Source of the DNA: Octopus vulgaris
Lineage: Eukaryota
Length of the DNA: 64,000 bases
Reading direction: 5' to 3'
NCBI GenBank assembly: GCA_951406725.2
Contig: OX597816.1
Span: 131,316,001 to 131,380,000, forward strand
The notes under the pieces: generated by a model
Database searches by the model: none
Told to the model about the DNA's origin: nothing
The model's input: the letters and a program-made list of their open reading frames with translations, nothing else
Made by a program: the position numbers and the translations under genes
Shown: in pieces, positions 62,101 through 64,000 of the stretch
Layout: the number at the start of each line of letters is the position of its first letter
Position numbering within the stretch: the stretch's first letter is position 1

Positions 62101-63821
62101 TGAAGTGTTGTAGAATAATAGTAATGAAGGTACAATAGACAAAGGAAGTATGAGAGAGAGAGATGACAAATGGTTTGGGGTGGGATAGTTGTGAAAGTGG
62201 GTATGGGAGAGAGGTTAGTATAGTGTGTGGGGGGAGTGAGAAGTGTATGGTGGTAGAGAAGGTGAGATGATTTTGTGACTCAGGCAGGAGGAAGGCAGTG
62301 TAAAAATAGTGTGGGAAAGAGGACATTATTAAAGACAAGGGATGTATATCAAATGAAATGTTTCTGGGGATTGAAGAAGACTAGTGGTATCAATAAAATA
62401 TTGAAGTTAGAGAGATGATGTGTGGTGGGGATGTCTTGAGGGAGAACTTGGGCAAAGGGCCCTAATTTATGTATATATACATACACATAGTGCTTCCAGA
62501 ATTTAGTTTCACTGAGTTAGATGGGTCTTCCAAGTATCACATGTCACCAGACATCCTGGTTCTTTGTCATTACATTTTGAGATCAAGCTTCAAAGTGAAG
62601 TTCTAAATATATCAAGAAAAACCAAGTGTGTGTGTGTATTTAAGAAATGTAATCATTTGCTTTTAATTTCATCACATACATAATTTAAATTAGAAAAAAA
62701 AATTCAAAATATGTCCATGACATAAAATTTTTGTTGATTTTTCTCTTTGAATATGTTTGGTTAATAAACAGAATCTGTTAAACAATCTCTAATATAGTTT
62801 AAAATCTTCTCTTTCCAGTGTCTGCCTGAAATAAGCTATAAAATTTATCAAATTAACTTTTATTGAATGAAATAGTAGAATCATGTTATACCTATCACTG
62901 TAGGTCTATATATAAAATATACAGTATATTTATCTGGTTATCAGTGAATGCAATTACAGTAGTTAGTTCAGTTTTCACATTTCTGATAAAAATACCAGTA
63001 GCATACTAGGTGTTTATAAATTGAACCTAAACAAAAGAGATGTGGCATATTTAAAATATATGACATTATATCATAAGAAACATCTTGTTTGGATAGCTCA
63101 ACATTACTTATAACATTGTATGACATCTACTCCCAGGGTAGGTCAACGTGACTTTTAGCACTGCATGACATGCTATTGTGATAGGTCAGTATCAGATATA
63201 CTGGATTACTGAATATTACTGTTATTAGGTACAATACATACTATGCATTTACACTTTATACACTGTGTGAAGCTAAGATGAAACAGTATATAATGAGTAC
63301 ACTAAACAAACACCGACACATATTAACATACATTTAAGCTGGCATACATATATTTCAGTGTGAAGATAATTACATTTACAGTTTAATCCTTTAGCATTCT
63401 GATTTCTTTGTCAAATGAATGGTTTATTTATTCACATTGTCTTGAATTAATCATGCATTATCTTGTAACTTCAAGATTTCAATGGTGTGTTTATATACTT
63501 TTAGAATGACATTTTAGGGTAGAAGTGAGAGATTGGATCTGGTCAGTTTTAACATAAAACAAGTAGAATATTTGGGCTAGATATGGCTGGATTGAATGCT
63601 AAAGGGTTAAAACAAAATTAAAAAAAGAAAAATTTTATTTAAAATATATCAAAAGTATAAAAATATCAATTTATTTTACAGAACAGTGAAGTACTCACCA
63701 AATTAACACTTCCAAACATTTTGCTCAATTGCTATGAAGAAAGAGAAAGATGTTATCTTTTTAGTGGAGACTGGGGTAGCCTTCCACAAGCTGTTAATCA
63801 TTCTACCATTTCTCTGCAGAA
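55395..63821 (+). CDS. METTL18: Histidine protein methyltransferase 1 homolog (uL3/RPL3 His methyltransferase), first 6 exons; continues past the window
   Basis: Exons 55395-55479, 55755-55819, 57741-57918, 59434-59516, 59757-59831 and 63682-63821, GT-AG with consistent phases. MSFCFNF start, DLIPNKYEGGLQIWECSIDL, motif I EIGCGAGLPG, FQDFNSEVL..TLPN and FSGDW. Confidence 0.9.
55848..57020. mobile_element. Two oppositely oriented tRNA-derived SINEs (55848-56215 on -, 56470-57020 on +, interrupted)
   Basis: Same body as 53697-54048, in both orientations. Confidence 0.75.
58940..60237. mobile_element. Oppositely oriented SINEs (58940-59375 on -, 59925-60237 on +) flanking METTL18 exons 4-5
   Basis: Reverse-complement matches such as gatgggcttctttcagtttccatttaccaaatcc versus ggatttggtagatggacattgaaaaaagcccatc. 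Confidence 0.75.
61003..61259. mobile_element. MITE with 27-bp TIRs (Tc1/mariner-like)
   Basis: aatacaaggctattaccagttcaaata / tatttgaactggtaataaccttgtatt, one mismatch. Confidence 0.7.
61280..61535 (+). mobile_element. tRNA-derived SINE, third family
   Basis: ggaggtgcatagcttagtagttagg..gtggttttgattcctggacc..ttcttgagcaaaatacttcatt. Related copy at 32222-32460. Confidence 0.6.
63384..63610. mobile_element. piggyBac-like MITE
   Basis: taatcctttagcattc..aatgctaaagggttaa. Confidence 0.75.
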
Positions 63822-64000
63822 GTAAGTAAAGGTACAGATGTCCCTTTCCCAATACAGTACCTGTTACCATTTTAGAACTTTTATTAAACATTTCATATAT
63901 TGTAGCTAAGTTGTTAGAATAATTGTCACATGTATGGATTTACAGTTCACATCTTGCCATTGGTACTGTTTAGAACTCTTGAATTTCAAAGTGTTAGCCC

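Noticed and set aside
61684-62460. Purine-rich tract giving Pro/Ser/Leu/His-rich ORFs (similar tract at 34660-35100)
   Set aside because: Low-complexity decayed repeat; the ORFs are compositional artefacts.

Overview
AT-rich, intron-rich animal DNA. The SINE, RTE and (TA)n repeat landscape suggests a coleoid cephalopod, probably an octopus (inference from recalled repeat families, no database search). I reconstructed four protein-coding genes by hand, with consistent splice phases. (1) A + strand LRRC14/PRAME-like LRR gene, 4 coding exons, 16451-27877, 483 aa. (2) An intact, intronless, divergent RPL31/eL31 gene, 19814-20179 (-), nested antisense in an intron of gene 1, with its own TATA + TCT promoter inside a CpG-rich island. 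(3) GTF3C4/TFIIIC90 (-), 19 coding exons, 55240-31226, 726 aa, including a U12-type AT-AC intron at 34360-32869. (4) The first 6 exons of METTL18 (+), starting 154 bp from the GTF3C4 ATG. Repeats include RTE LINE pieces (one with a 5' inversion), an RLE-type LINE remnant, a Tc1 fragment, mariner/piggyBac/hAT-type MITEs, tRNA-derived SINEs and Penelope-type repeats carrying minimal hammerhead ribozyme motifs. The best leads are the nested RPL31, where many substitutions would be reverted by A-to-I editing, the hammerhead motifs, the AT-AC intron and the twin-priming-like RTE inversion.
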